64,000 nt of DNA from an uncultured Planctomycetaceae bacterium (GCA_963833985.1 CAWIAD010000002.1:4288001-4352000); one strand, 5' to 3'; positions 10,315 to 21,739 are shown, numbered from the stretch's first letter. Numbers and translations: made by a program. The notes: a model not told the origin generated them from the sequence alone.

Positions 10315-11061
10315 ATGGTCACAACGACGGTGAGTGCGGTTCTGGTGTGGGCATCGCTGGGTCTCTTCCATTGCGGGCACGACAAGGTGCGCGAGGAGTG
10401 CACGGTCTGCACTGAGGAGGCTCCGGCGGTCCTGGCGCAGATTTCCAGGCTGGAATCGTGCTCGGGCTGGATGGCCCGGCGCAAGGCGGCGCGGGTGCTG
10501 CGAAGGTACGACTGGAAATCTCATCCCGAGGCGGCGGAAGCCCTGTCCGAGGCTCTACTGCACGACGATTGCAACCTGGTGCGGCAGGAAGCGGCCGAGT
10601 CACTGGCCCGGATGCGCCCGTGCCTCCCCGACGTTCATGCGGCGGTGCTGAAAGCGGCGAAGTGCGATCCGAGCTTGCTCACGCGATGCGCGGCCAGGAA
10701 GGCCCTGAAGTCACTGGGCAAGTCGTGCATCGAACCCTGCTCGATCTGCGGGCCGGCGGATGTCCTGCCGGGCGAGGTTGTGCTGCCGATGCCGCCCTCG
10801 ACCGGCCCGCTACCGTTGGATTCGACGGTGGAACCCCTGCCCGCCGAGCCGATGGAAGTTCCCGGCTCGCCGTCCGACCTCTCGCCCTTCAGCCCCGGAG
10901 CCAGCCCGCCCTTGCCGTCCGCGGTTCCTGGTCCCGCCATGCTGCGCCGGCCGGTCGCCCCGCGGACGCCCGTAGTGGAGGGCCCATCGTTGACGGGCCC
11001 GCTCGGCTTGCGGGGTCCGCGCCCGAACCTGGCGGGCACCCTGCTGGGCAGCGACGATTGA
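10315..11061 (+). CDS. Secreted HEAT-repeat protein with Cys residues and a Pro-rich tail
   Basis: Hydrophobic N-terminus and HEAT-like units (LVRQEAAESLARM, LTRCAARKALKSL). Confidence 0.7.
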   Translation: MVTTTVSAVLVWASLGLFHCGHDKVREECTVCTEEAPAVLAQISRLESCSGWMARRKAARVLRRYDWKSHPEAAEALSEALLHDDCNLVRQEAAESLARMRPCLPDVHAAVLKAAKCDPSLLTRCAARKALKSLGKSCIEPCSICGPADVLPGEVVLPMPPSTGPLPLDSTVEPLPAEPMEVPGSPSDLSPFSPGASPPLPSAVPGPAMLRRPVAPRTPVVEGPSLTGPLGLRGPRPNLAGTLLGSDD

Positions 11062-11127
11062 TCGCTCAAGCGGGCCGGCCACGCCGGGCCAGCCCCACCG
11101 GAAGTCTCTCTGCCGGCATCGGTTCCA

Positions 11128-13381
11128 TCAAACCTCGGCGGCGAGCGTTTCGTCCTTGGCTTCCTCGGCGACAGGCCGCCTGGCGATCATGGCGACGAGC
11201 AGAAGCGCCAGCGCGAGCCCGCCAAAAAGCCAGGCCACGCCCAGGCGGTAACCTGGCTCGCCGCCGTCCGGCGAGGGGAGCGAGAAATCGACGTACTGAC
11301 CCACCTTTTCAAAGACGACCAGCAGGGCGATGATGATGCCCGCCAGTGAGCCGCCGGCGATCAGTCCCGTGGACATCATGGTTCCGGCGCTCATGTCGGA
11401 CTCTTCGGGCGTGAACTTGCGCAGACGGTCGACCACCAGGCGGATGAGACCGCCCACGAAGATGGGCAGCGTGGTGGAAAGCGGCAGATAGACTCCCACG
11501 GCGAAGGCCAGCGCGGAGACGCCCGCAAGCTGCACCACGATCGCGAGCACGACACCCAGGATGACCAGGCCCCAGGGCAGGTCGCCCTTCATGATGCCGT
11601 CGATGATCGTGGCGAACAGCCGCGGCTGGGGCGGGTTGAACTTCTTGAGCGGTGCCCCGGTGCTGGAATAGTTCAGCCGGCCGCCGATGCCGGGATCTTT
11701 CAGGTATCGCGCCGTGCCGGTCTCATCGACCAGGTACTTGCCGGGCAAGACACCGTTCTCAGGATTGACCACCCACCAGACCTTGTAGGCCTGGCCGTCC
11801 TTGCCGATGTCGGTCTCGGTCAGCTTCGAGACGTCGGCCTTCACCGAGGGGAGGTCCTCAGCCTTGTCGGTGACGGTCGTGTATGCGTTATTGAGCGCCA
11901 GCAGCGTGCCGCCCATGACGATCGCCGACACCAGGGCGCCCACCAGGATGGAGACTTGCTGCTTCCAGGGCGTGGCACCCACGAGGTACCCGGTCTTCAG
12001 GTCCTGCGAGGTGGTTCCCCCGTTGGACGAGGCGATGCACACCACGCCGGCGATGGACAGGGCCACCAGGCGATACTGGGGTCCCACCCAACCCAGGAGC
12101 ACGAAGATCAGACACGTCAGCAGCAGGGTGGCGATGGTCATCCCCGAGATCGGGTTCGATGACGAGCCAATGACACCGGTGATCCGCGAGCCTCACGGTC
12201 ACGAACAGGAAGCCAAACAGGACAATCATCACGGCGCCGATGATCCGGCCCGGGGTATCGGTCGGGATCAGGTTCGACACCGCGATGGCCGCGACCAGGC
12301 CAAGGCACCCCAGCAGCACCAGCGACATGGGAATATCGCGGTCGGTCCTGGGGTGGCTTGTCTCGTTCTCGGCCTCGAAGGTCGTTGCGTCCGCGCGCTT
12401 CGGACCTCCCAGGGCCCGAAAGCTCTCGCGGATTGAGCCGAAGATGAGCGGCAGGGCGTTAAGCATGCTGAGGATGCCACCCGCGGCCACGGCCCCCGCG
12501 CCGATGTAACGCACGTACTGGCTGGAGATCTGCCCGGCACTCATGGCGCTGATGCGCTGCTGCCCGGGCGGCAAGACGCCGGTGAGGCCGTCGCCGAAGT
12601 AGGCGATCATCGGCACGAAGAGCAGGGCCGACAGCATCCCGCCGCCCACGATCACCGAGGCGATCCGCGGCCCGATGATGTAGCCCACTCCCAGGAGTGC
12701 GGGGGCCGGCTCCAGCGAGACAACGGCCTTGTTGTAGCCCTTGATGCCGGTGATCGGCTGATCCAGCTCGCTCGACCAGAGCTTGAACCCTTGCATCAGT
12801 ACCTGATAGACAAAGCCCAGCCCGAAGCCCAGGAACACCGTCTTTGCGTTCGAACCGCCGTGCTCGCCCGCGATCAGCACCTTCGCACAGGCGGTACCCT
12901 CGGGGTACGGCAGGGAGCCATGCTGCTTGACAATGAACGCTCTGCGCAGGGGGATCATCATGAGGATGCCCAGGAGCCCGCCCAGGACCGCCACGAGCAT
13001 GACCCGCGTCCACTCCAGTTCGTACCCCAGAAGCATGAGCGCGGGCATCGCCGCGCCCACGCCGAAGGCGATCGACTCGCCGGCCGAGCCGGCCGTCTGT
13101 ACGATGTTGTTCTCCAGGATCGTGGCCGACCGGGTGCCGAACGCCCGCGAGAGTCCGCGAAAGATGGTGATCGCCAGCACAGCGACCGGGATCGACGCGG
13201 AGACCGTCATTCCCACCTTCAGGAACAGGTAGAGCGACGAGGCGCCGAAGACCACTCCGAGAACCGAGCCGAGAAACACGGCGGAGAGCGATAATTCGAT
13301 GAGCTGCGCGGAGGGCGGCACGTAAGGCTGGAAAACTGGTTCCTTGACCGGGCCAGACGCACTGGTCTCGGGGGTCGCCAT
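11128..13381 (-). CDS. OPT-family oligopeptide transporter (apparent 1-nt insertion near 12191)
   Basis: Motifs GMTVSASIP, ENNIVQT, LPYPEGTACA. The conserved VSSRITGVIGSSSNPISGMTI and SQDLKTG are restored by removing one G. Confidence 0.9.
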
Positions 13382-13423
13382 GGGCTGGGACTCTCCATCA
13401 CGTGAGGACGCGTGGTTCCTGGA

Positions 13424-13489
13424 AGGCGGAAGAACTGCTGCGGGTCAGTCAGGTTCAGGCGGAGGTACTGCTGCGGGTCAGTCAGGTTC
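13424..13489. repeat. 33-bp tandem duplication
   Basis: aggcggaagaactgctgcgggtcagtcaggttc followed by aggcggaggtactgctgcgggtcagtcaggttc (2 mismatches). Confidence 0.9.
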
Positions 13490-14141
13490 AGAGGGTGCCC
13501 GCCGCCGTCATCGCCGGGTGCAAGGGGCCCATCATGGGGCCGCGTTTCACCTCGGAAAGCCGGTTGACGATGTCTCGGAGCACGTCGATCATGCACTGGC
13601 CGGCTTCGATGTTGTAGATCAGCTCTCGGGGGTAGAAGCTCAGGGTCTTGTAGGTATCCTCGTAGTAGGTGGCAAGCCGGCGGCGGATGACCTCCTCGTT
13701 CATATCGTCGAGCCGGTTTTCCCGCAGGGCGCGGACCTTCAGGCGCTCCATGGCGAGCTTCGTGTCCTGGATCTGGAGGTGGAAGATCTGGACGACGTCC
13801 AGTACGCTGTCGAGCATCTCCGCCTGCGGATAACTGCGGGGCAGGCCGTCCAGGATGAGCGTGTGCTGTTCCGGCAGCATGACCTCCTGCATTTCCATGA
13901 TGTGCAGATGCCGCTTGAAGATACGGACGGTCAGCTCATCGGGAACCATGAGGCCCTGCGAGGTATACTGTTCGATCTCGCGGCCGATCCGCCCGTATTT
14001 CGGGATCTTCCGGAAGATGTCCCCCATGGAGATGTGAATCAGGTCGGGAAGCTGGCCGAGCACTGCGCCCTGGGTTCCCTTGCCGCTGCCCGGCATGCCG
14101 AAGAGCAGGTAGGTGCGGTACCTGGTGGAATACTCGTCCAT
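13488..14141 (-). CDS. adk: Adenylate kinase family nucleoside monophosphate kinase (short LID)
   Basis: GMPGSGKGTQ, HISMGDIFR, ILDGLPRS, RLDD...IRRRL. Confidence 0.85.
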   Translation of the reverse strand: MDEYSTRYRTYLLFGMPGSGKGTQGAVLGQLPDLIHISMGDIFRKIPKYGRIGREIEQYTSQGLMVPDELTVRIFKRHLHIMEMQEVMLPEQHTLILDGLPRSYPQAEMLDSVLDVVQIFHLQIQDTKLAMERLKVRALRENRLDDMNEEVIRRRLATYYEDTYKTLSFYPRELIYNIEAGQCMIDVLRDIVNRLSEVKRGPMMGPLHPAMTAAGTL

Positions 14142-14370
14142 GGGTTCCATTCTCCCTGAGTTGGCGCTCATGGTATCACCTATTTCGCGAAAACGCGGGA
14201 CAGCATTCCTCGACGTTACCAGACGAGACGCAACCAAACCAGACAACCCGGACGAGCATGTTGCACCGTCTGGGCGGGAACTTCAACGTTTCGGGACCTG
14301 CGGCGGTCCCTGGTCGTCGTGACAGCTTGATACTTCATGTCTCTCATAGAGATCGGTCCGGAGCAAGCCC

Positions 14371-15000
14371 TTGCAGGAAACACGGCTGTTGTTGATCCGC
14401 CACGCGGAGACCTCCGCACCGGATGTCTTCCACGGCGCGGAGTCTGATGTCGGCCTGAGTGCCTGGGGTGAGCACCAGGCCCGGCGGCTGGCCGAGATTC
14501 TCCAAGGCGAATGCGTGCAAGCCGTCTACAGTTCGGCCCTGCGCCGGGCCGCATCCACGGTGCAGCCCATCGCCGCGGCCTGCGGGCTGAAGCCGGTGAT
14601 CGTGCCGGTGCTGCACGAGCGAAGCATCGGGCCACTCTCCGGCCTCAGCCGCCAGGAGGGCTGGGAAACCTATGCTGAATCGAAACGCCGCTGGATGGCC
14701 GGCGACCTCGAATTCACCCACCCCGGAGGCGAATCGTTCTCCGACATCCGCGGTCGCGTCGTGCCGGTCATCGAAGAGCTGGTCGATCGCCATCCGGCGG
14801 AAACCCTGGTGGTCGTGGCGCACGGTATCGTGATCCGCGTCGCGCTCTTGAGCCTGCTTCCCGGCCTGGAACCCGCCGACTTCGACCGCGTCGCCATCGA
14901 CTTTGCCTCGATCAACGACCTGCGCTGGGACGGCGGACGATGGCACGCCCACGCGCTGAACCGGCTCGTCGCACCCTCGCCGGCGAAGCCGGTGGCATGA
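14371..15000 (+). CDS. Histidine phosphatase (phosphoglycerate mutase-like) family protein
   Basis: LIRHAET, VYSSALRRA, PGGES, VVAHG. Confidence 0.88.
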   Translation: MQETRLLLIRHAETSAPDVFHGAESDVGLSAWGEHQARRLAEILQGECVQAVYSSALRRAASTVQPIAAACGLKPVIVPVLHERSIGPLSGLSRQEGWETYAESKRRWMAGDLEFTHPGGESFSDIRGRVVPVIEELVDRHPAETLVVVAHGIVIRVALLSLLPGLEPADFDRVAIDFASINDLRWDGGRWHAHALNRLVAPSPAKPVA

Positions 15001-15073
15001 GGCATGCGCAGAAGGGGGTCATACTCGAGGCATTTCAAGGGCTTGCCTTCGGCTCCATGGTTCGGAACGCGCT

Positions 15074-15502
15074 CTAGGCGTCTCCCTTCCCGCCACCTTG
15101 CGTATCCGGGGCGGAGGCAGGCAACTGGCGTTGTCGGCAGCGGTAGCAGAGCCAGCGATAACGCCACCCTGCCCTGTAGAGCCGCAGCGGATACACTTGC
15201 CCGCAGGCCTGGCAAGGAGCGCGCAGCACACGATCCTGACGCTTCTCCGTTTCCGGAAGCGCCGCGGTTTCATCCCTGGGAGGCGCTGGCTGGGAAGGGG
15301 ACTGCTCGATCTCCCCGAGCAGGTCCTCGACCTCCTGGATGCGCGACTTCAGGAGTGCAAGGCTCTCCCGGGCCTGAGACATCTCTCCCGAGGGAATACA
15401 CCGTTGCATCGCGCTGGAGAGCCGGTCGACTTCCTGGTTCAGCAAGGCGACGGCTTTCTCCTCCAGCAATCTTCGATCAGGGCTCGCCGATGCGCCTGGC
15501 AT
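15074..15502 (-). CDS. Hypothetical protein, coiled coil plus CxxC...CxxC zinc ribbon
   Basis: Helical N-terminal half, then CQAC and CYRC. Confidence 0.5.
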   Translation of the reverse strand: MPGASASPDRRLLEEKAVALLNQEVDRLSSAMQRCIPSGEMSQARESLALLKSRIQEVEDLLGEIEQSPSQPAPPRDETAALPETEKRQDRVLRAPCQACGQVYPLRLYRAGWRYRWLCYRCRQRQLPASAPDTQGGGKGDA

Positions 15503-15871
15503 ACGACCGCCTTTCTGGTTCCGACTCCGTAGCAAGACGGAGAATCTGCGCCGCTCCGTACCCTCATCCGTGAAAATACCACTCCATGACCCGCTCCGCC
15601 AGCGCCGCACGGAGACTTACGGACCAAGGCACCACGCAGCCTCGAGCGGTTCATCCATCGCCCGTCGTGTCGCACCGGTGCTGGAGCGATTGCACGATTC
15701 TCGCGTCCTCGCCTGCAAGGCCGATGGAGTAGAAAGGCACACAACCGCCCCGGTCGCAGCCTCTCATGAAGATTTGAAGATCCGGAAAAGTCTCCTTGAC
15801 CACCCCCCCGATGCACATAATGCGTCCGGTTCACGACCCAGGCGCGAGTGAGTGATTGGAGAGGATTCGAT

Positions 15872-16915
15872 ATGGGATGGATCTGTCGGCGACTGACCCT
15901 CTGGTCTCTCGCGTTCGCGTTCGCGTTCGTGCCCGCAGGCGCCGCCGCGGACGTGACGCGCGACCAGATTGTCTCCCACTGGAAGGCGTACTGGGCCGCG
16001 ATCGAGAACGTCGAGGTCGAATGCGATGAATTCGTGGTTCGTGACGGCGCACTTGAGAAAGACCCCTCCTTTCCCCTCATGCAATACTCCCTCGTCCTCG
16101 GCTCACGCGCGAGGAGGGCCATCAGGGGAACAGCCACCAACAGCGACGGGACTCGGTGGAGGCCCTTCGACGTCAGGGAGGATGGCCGGCAGACCTGCGA
16201 TATCGAGCCGTTCAGGGACGATCTGGATTCCACCAACGTCCTCGTTTTGCGTCCCCAGTCGAGCACCAGTTCCGTCTACCAGGGGCCGATGTGCGCGTGG
16301 CTCTGGCTCATGAGGCCGGGCGGCAAGACTCTGGAGGGCTTGCTCGCGGGCGGCGGATCTCTGGAGCTTTCCCGCGGCTCCAAGGAAGTCCGCCTCGTTT
16401 TCGATCACAAGGGCGCTCGAAAGACCTGCGAGCTTGATCCGGACCACGACTGGCTGCCGGGGAGATTGCGCATGCCCGATGGCATGGTCTTGTGCGAGGC
16501 AACCCGCTTCACCCGCGAGCGAGGGCTTTACTTTCCCGTTGAAGGCATTCAGGCCATGCCCCCGTCCGGACAAAAACAAAAGTTGATGATGCGAATTCAT
16601 GTCAACCGTATCCAGCTCAACGCGCCGCTGCCCGCGTCCCGATTTTTGGCGCCGGCCCCTCCACCGGGAACGCTGATCCACGATGAGATTCGGAAGACGT
16701 CATGGTATCAGGGCGGGGACGAGGCCAGGCTCAAGGCTGAGAAGCTCCACCACGTCGATTCGAAGTCGGCGACGAACGCTGCAAAGGTCACCGCCTCGGT
16801 CGATCCTCCGGCCTCACCCTGGTTTCGGCCTCTGGTGGCATTCGCTGTCGGTTCCTTCGCCGTCGCCCTGTTTCTGCGGGTTCGGTCGTACCGGGCCGGC
16901 CGGGCAACGGCGTGA
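15872..16915 (+). CDS. Exported protein with a C-terminal TM anchor, possibly LolA-like fold
   Basis: RBS GAGAGGA and signal peptide ending AGAAA. LNAPLPASRF...PPPGTLIHD resembles the LolA C-terminal motif. TM (WFRPLVAFAVGSFAVALFL) followed by a basic tail. Confidence 0.7.
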   Translation: MGWICRRLTLWSLAFAFAFVPAGAAADVTRDQIVSHWKAYWAAIENVEVECDEFVVRDGALEKDPSFPLMQYSLVLGSRARRAIRGTATNSDGTRWRPFDVREDGRQTCDIEPFRDDLDSTNVLVLRPQSSTSSVYQGPMCAWLWLMRPGGKTLEGLLAGGGSLELSRGSKEVRLVFDHKGARKTCELDPDHDWLPGRLRMPDGMVLCEATRFTRERGLYFPVEGIQAMPPSGQKQKLMMRIHVNRIQLNAPLPASRFLAPAPPPGTLIHDEIRKTSWYQGGDEARLKAEKLHHVDSKSATNAAKVTASVDPPASPWFRPLVAFAVGSFAVALFLRVRSYRAGRATA

Positions 16916-16931
16916 TCCTCTCATCAGAAAG

Positions 16932-17360
16932 ATGAACACCATGGACACTCTCTCGAACGCGGCTTTCCTCCGGCACCTTCGGCGGCTCGCCTTTTCCTCC
17001 GGGATCGTTACGTCCCTGCTGGCCGCCGCTCACTCGAACGCGGGCTCGGTCTATTACCCGAAGAAATCCTGCCAGGTGGATATGAACCTTCCCAACCAGT
17101 GCGAGTCCGGGAACGGCGCGGGGTGCCCGACCGACCCGGGACAACAATTTACCAGTTATTACTGTTCCTCCTACATTTATCCAGGTGACTGCAACACTAC
17201 GGGGGGCGGCTGCACGGTGTACACGTCGGGGTCGTCGTGCGGCACCAGGACGTGGTGCTTCAATGGACTACCATGGAACGGCACAAATCCACCCGCGGGC
17301 CAGTGCACCGGAGATCCTCAGAATTGCAAGAGTACGACCAATTCGGGCGGTGGAAACTGA
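16932..17360 (+). CDS. Small secreted cysteine-rich protein (10 Cys)
   Basis: Signal peptide ending AAAHSNA and a mature part rich in G/S/T/N with 10 Cys. Start at 16932 or 16941. Confidence 0.75.
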   Translation: MNTMDTLSNAAFLRHLRRLAFSSGIVTSLLAAAHSNAGSVYYPKKSCQVDMNLPNQCESGNGAGCPTDPGQQFTSYYCSSYIYPGDCNTTGGGCTVYTSGSSCGTRTWCFNGLPWNGTNPPAGQCTGDPQNCKSTTNSGGGN

Positions 17361-17426
17361 GTTCTTTCACAGGGTGCGTCTGGCCGCCTCATGGACGCTG
17401 CCTGACAAAGTATAAGGAGGCACGGC

Positions 17427-18438
17427 ATGAGAAGAGCCAAGGCGACCCGGGGCTTCACGCTCATCGAGATGCTGGTCGTGATGGGCGTGGTTGGCCTGAT
17501 CGCCGCGCTCCTCCTCCCTGCCGTACAGGCGAGCCGGGAAGCCGCCAGGAAGCTCTCGTGCGGCAATAACGTGAAGCAGGTATGCCTGGCGCTGCACGCG
17601 TACCAGGGGGCGGTGGGCAGGTTTCCCCCGGCGATCAGTAAGGGTGGGGATGGCTTCTACAATGGTCTCTACGTGGACAAGCAATTCTCCATGATCGCCG
17701 CCGTCCTGCCCTACCTCGATCAGCAACCACTGTTCAGTTCCATCAACTTCTCGTCGTACATCGCGGACCCGTACGACCCGAGGTACCAGATGGACCTGTC
17801 GTCGAACGCGACCGCGATGGGAACGGTGCTAGAAATCCTCCTCTGCCCATCGGACCCCGCGCCGCCCATGGGACCAAAGTCAACGGCCGGGACCAACATC
17901 CGCGCGAACATGGGTTCCGAGCGTTGGGGCTACTGGGTCGGCCCGAAGTGGGCAAAGGAGGGTCCCTTCGACGCACCGGTATCCGCAACCATCGACGGCC
18001 TGAGACTCGACGGCCATGGTTTGTGAAAAGCTGCGGAGCTCGGCCGACGAGACCCAGTTCGATCCCCGGACCGGCGCGATCGTCGGCGGGCTTGGCCTGC
18101 CCTATACGATTCAACAATCCATCGACGATTGTGCCTCGCTCCAGCGAACGCCCGGCGGAATTCGCACCCAGGCGGGGCTCTGCTGGCTCGTCGGCACTCT
18201 TTCCAATGCGTCTTACAACCATACGATCGCTCCCAACAACTCGCTGCCCGACTGCCAGTTGCCCGCCCTGCACCCGAGCGGCGGTTGCTTCGGGGCGCGC
18301 AGCAACCATCCCGGGATCGTGAATCTAGGTATGGCGGACGGTTCCGTCCGCGTGGTGAGGAACGGTGTCGACCCAGCGGTGTGGCTGGGTCTGGGGACCC
18401 GCGCCAGTGGGGAGATGATCTCCGCCAACCAGTATTGA
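17427..18438 (+). CDS. DUF1559-family prepilin-type protein (apparent 1-nt insertion near 18004)
   Basis: RG|FTLIEMLVV...LLLPAVQASREAARKLSCGNN, LLCPSD, DGLSSTAMVCE across the shift, and the C-terminal H-X9-DG motif (SNHPGIVNLGMADGSV). Confidence 0.9.
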
Positions 18439-18652
18439 AAGAGGCTCAATTGACGACATCAACAAGCGGCTCGGCGGCCCGGGCCAACTGAAAGGCCATC
18501 ATCGAAGGGCGGGGCTTTTTCTATTCCGGGTGGAGGGCCCACGCTCTCAACCAGGTAGTTGCCTCCTCGCCTGCGAGGCCGGTGGCGTGATCAGGCTGCC
18601 ATGTCGCCGGAGAGGCTGATCCCAGAGACAGGAACCGACCGCCGGGATTATC

Positions 18653-19288
18653 ATGGTCAAGGGGCTCTTCGGACCGGGTCGAGCCGTCCCACTGGAATTC
18701 GTTGCAACAGGGACCGATACGGTGAGAGTCAAATCTCCTCGCTGGACCACCGAGCGATTCAAACTCGCCTCCCAGGCCGGTTGCTTCCACGACATGAAGG
18801 TCGAGCTGGTGGGAGGAAGGCTGGTCGAGATGACGGAGAGTCCCGAGCATCGAAACACCGTGGAAAACATGGCCGAACTGCTCAACGCGGCCGTGGACAG
18901 GGCCAAATGGTACGTTGCCCGCGAATCGTCCGTGGAATTCGATGACTGGACGCCGCTCCCCGATATCGCCGTCTGCCGCGGACCACGCCGGCCGACCTAC
19001 ACGCATCGGGCTCCAGGACCAGAGGACATCGTCCTGCTTGTCGAGGTCTGCCAGTCAACCTACCGTTACGATCGACGAGTCAAACTACCAAGGTACGCCA
19101 GGGCCGGCATTCCACTGGTCTGGATCGTCCATCTGGATCGTCAGGTCATCGAAGTCTATTCGAATCCGCGCGGCAAGGGCTACGCATCCCGCGATGTGTT
19201 CACGGCAGAGGTATCGATCCGGCTGAGAGCCGTCGAACCTCCCGCCCTGATCGATGCCACGATCCCGGTGATCGAGGTCTTGTCTTGA
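18653..19288 (+). CDS. Uma2-family (PD-(D/E)XK) endonuclease-like protein
   Basis: VELVGGRL, PLPDIAV, LLVEV...YDRRVKLPRYARAGIP.VWIV. Confidence 0.88.
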   Translation: MVKGLFGPGRAVPLEFVATGTDTVRVKSPRWTTERFKLASQAGCFHDMKVELVGGRLVEMTESPEHRNTVENMAELLNAAVDRAKWYVARESSVEFDDWTPLPDIAVCRGPRRPTYTHRAPGPEDIVLLVEVCQSTYRYDRRVKLPRYARAGIPLVWIVHLDRQVIEVYSNPRGKGYASRDVFTAEVSIRLRAVEPPALIDATIPVIEVLS

Positions 19289-19442
19289 AGAGAACCAGCA
19301 ACCACCGGGCCTGATCAAAGCAAGGCGTGACCATCTCCACTGAGCCACGATCCCAGCAAGGCCGACCCGCGAGCGCCTACAGAGATTCCGGTGAGATTTC
19401 GCCAGTCATCCAGGTCCAGACACCGTTGACTGTTCTCTTCGA

Positions 19443-21739
19443 CTACGCCGCGGGCTCGGGCGTCAGTTCTGTGCCGTTCTTGAGCGCTTCCCACTCTTCC
19501 CAGCTGTACAGCACCTCGCGCGGTTCGCCCTTCTTGAACTCGCCCACGATGCCGTCCTCGGCCATGAAGTCAATCAACCGCGCGGCGCGGCCGTAGCCGA
19601 TGCCGAGTGCGCGCTGGAGTAGCGAGCAAGATCCGCGGCCCTCGCGGACGACGATCTCGATGGCCGGCTCGTAAAGCTCGTCGCGCTCCTTCAGCCCAGC
19701 GCTGCGGTCCTTGCCGGGGGCACCGCCGCTCACCTGGTGCTGCATCACCTCGCGGCTGAACTCGACCGGATACCGCTCCAGGTACTGGCAGACCCGCTTC
19801 AGCTCGGCATCGGAGACGTAGGTGCCCTGCGAGCGGACGATCTGTGACGTGCCCGGAACCAGGAAGAGCATGTCGCCGTTGCCCAGCAGCCGGTCGGCGC
19901 CGATCTCGTCGAGGATCACCCGCGAGTCGCCCCGGCTGGCCACCTTGAACGAGATCCGGGCAGGCATGTTCCCCTTGATCAGCCCGGTCACCACGTCGAC
20001 CACCGGCTTCTGGGTCGCCAGGATCAGGTGCATACCCACCGCGCGCGAGAGCTGAGCCAGGCGGACGATGTGCTGCTCCACTTCCTTGGCCGCCGTCATC
20101 ATCAGGTCGGCCATCTCGTCGGCCACGATCACGATGTAGGGCATGTGGGTCGGGATGCGCTTCTGCTCCTCCTCATCTTCAGGCCGTACACGCTCCATCA
20201 GCTCGGCCGGGCCAAGCTGGTTGTAGCCCTGGATGTTCCTGACCTCGGCCCTGCGCAACAACTCGTAGCGCTCGTCCATCTTCTCGCAGGCCCAGGCCAG
20301 GATGCTCTCGGCCTTCTTCATATCGGTGACAACGGGGTGCATCAGGTGCGGGATCTTCTTGTACTGCGAAAGCTCCACTTTCTTGGGGTCGATGAGGATC
20401 ATCTTCACCTCGTCGGGCCGCTTGGTCATGAGGATCGACAGGATCATCGCGTTCAGGCAGACCGACTTACCGGTGCCGGTGCTGCCGGCCATGAGCAAGT
20501 GGGGCATGTCGGCCAGGTCGAAGACCATGGGCGTGCCCTTGACGTCCTTGCCCAGGTAAAGCGGTATCTTGGAGGGCTGGGCAACCGTCTCCGCGCTGGA
20601 GATGACCTCGCTCAGGCGAACCACGGCGCGGCGGTCGTTCGGGACCTCGATGCCGACAGTGTTCTTGCCCGGAATGGGCGCCACGATCCGCACGCTGGGT
20701 ACCGCCAGCGCGATCGCCAGGTCATCGGCCAGGCTCATCACCCGGCTGACCCGCAGACCGGCTTCGAGCTCGATCTCGAACTGGGTGATGACCGGTCCGG
20801 TGTCGATCTGCACCACCCGGACCTTGTAGCCAAAATCGAGCAGCGTCCGCTCCAGCAGCATGGCCCTGGCATGGATCTGGCTCTCGTGCTCCTGGATGGC
20901 GAAGGGTGCCGGCGGCTCGAGCAGCGCGCGCGGGGGAAGCTCGAACGGAGCACCCGGCTCGACCGGCGGAAACGCCAGTGCCTCGCGCCTGCGACGGGCT
21001 GGGTCAGAAACGGTCCCCGCGCGGTGGCCGTTCCCGAAGCGGCCTGCGGACCCTGGCCGGCAAAAGCGGTCGGGTCCGGAAGTTCCGCGAGGCGCTTGCC
21101 GGGACCTTTGCCGACGGCCGCGGGTGCAGGCAGCATGCGATCTTCGGCGTGAATCGGTTCCGGCAAGGGCTTGGCAGCACGCCGGCGCGAGCGTCCTTGC
21201 ACCCAGAGGGCGATCTCCCGGATGGGCCAGGTGAAGAGCACGTCATGGCAGAGCACCAGGCCGAAGGCCCCTGCTGAGATCAGCAGCAGGAGCATGCCGT
21301 ACGGGCCGAACTGGTTGAACAGGAAAAGCGATATCAGGGCGCCGCCGTAGCCTCCACTGCCCACGGGTGGGCTGGGGCGGAGCCCCGGCGCGTACTTGTG
21401 AACCAGCGCCGCGGCCACGGCCAGCAGCAGGCCGAACCCCAGAGCGGGCGTGCCACGATCCGCGACCTGACGTCGCGCCGCAACCAAAACGTTCAGCGTC
21501 ACCAGTCCCAGGAACAAGAGCCACGACGACCAACCCATCAGGCTGAAGAGCCCGTGGGCCAGCGTGGCTCCCACCGGCCCGCAGGGGTTCGAGAGCTGGG
21601 GCGACTGGTTGGCCGGCTCCGCCCCCGAACCGGGTGCGTCGGCGGGGTCGTACCCGCCCAGGCTGAGCGCCACGAACACGTTGAACAGCAACAGGATCAG
21701 GGCCGGCGCGAGGCGCAGCAAACGCTGTCGAACAGGCAT
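19443..21739 (-). CDS. ftsK: DNA translocase FtsK (apparent 1-nt deletion near 20985)
   Basis: 4TM N-domain, PHLLMAGSTGTGKS, LILATQKP, LLGNGDML, and gamma domain (SLLQRALGIGYGRAARLID). Confidence 0.93.

Noticed and set aside
15911..15929. (GCGTTC)x3 repeat
   Set aside because: An in-frame hexamer encoding AFAFAF in a signal peptide; slippage would not change the frame.
18024..18026. TGA in the DUF1559 gene as a third Sec codon
   Set aside because: The conserved downstream sequence is in a different frame, so this is an indel rather than read-through.
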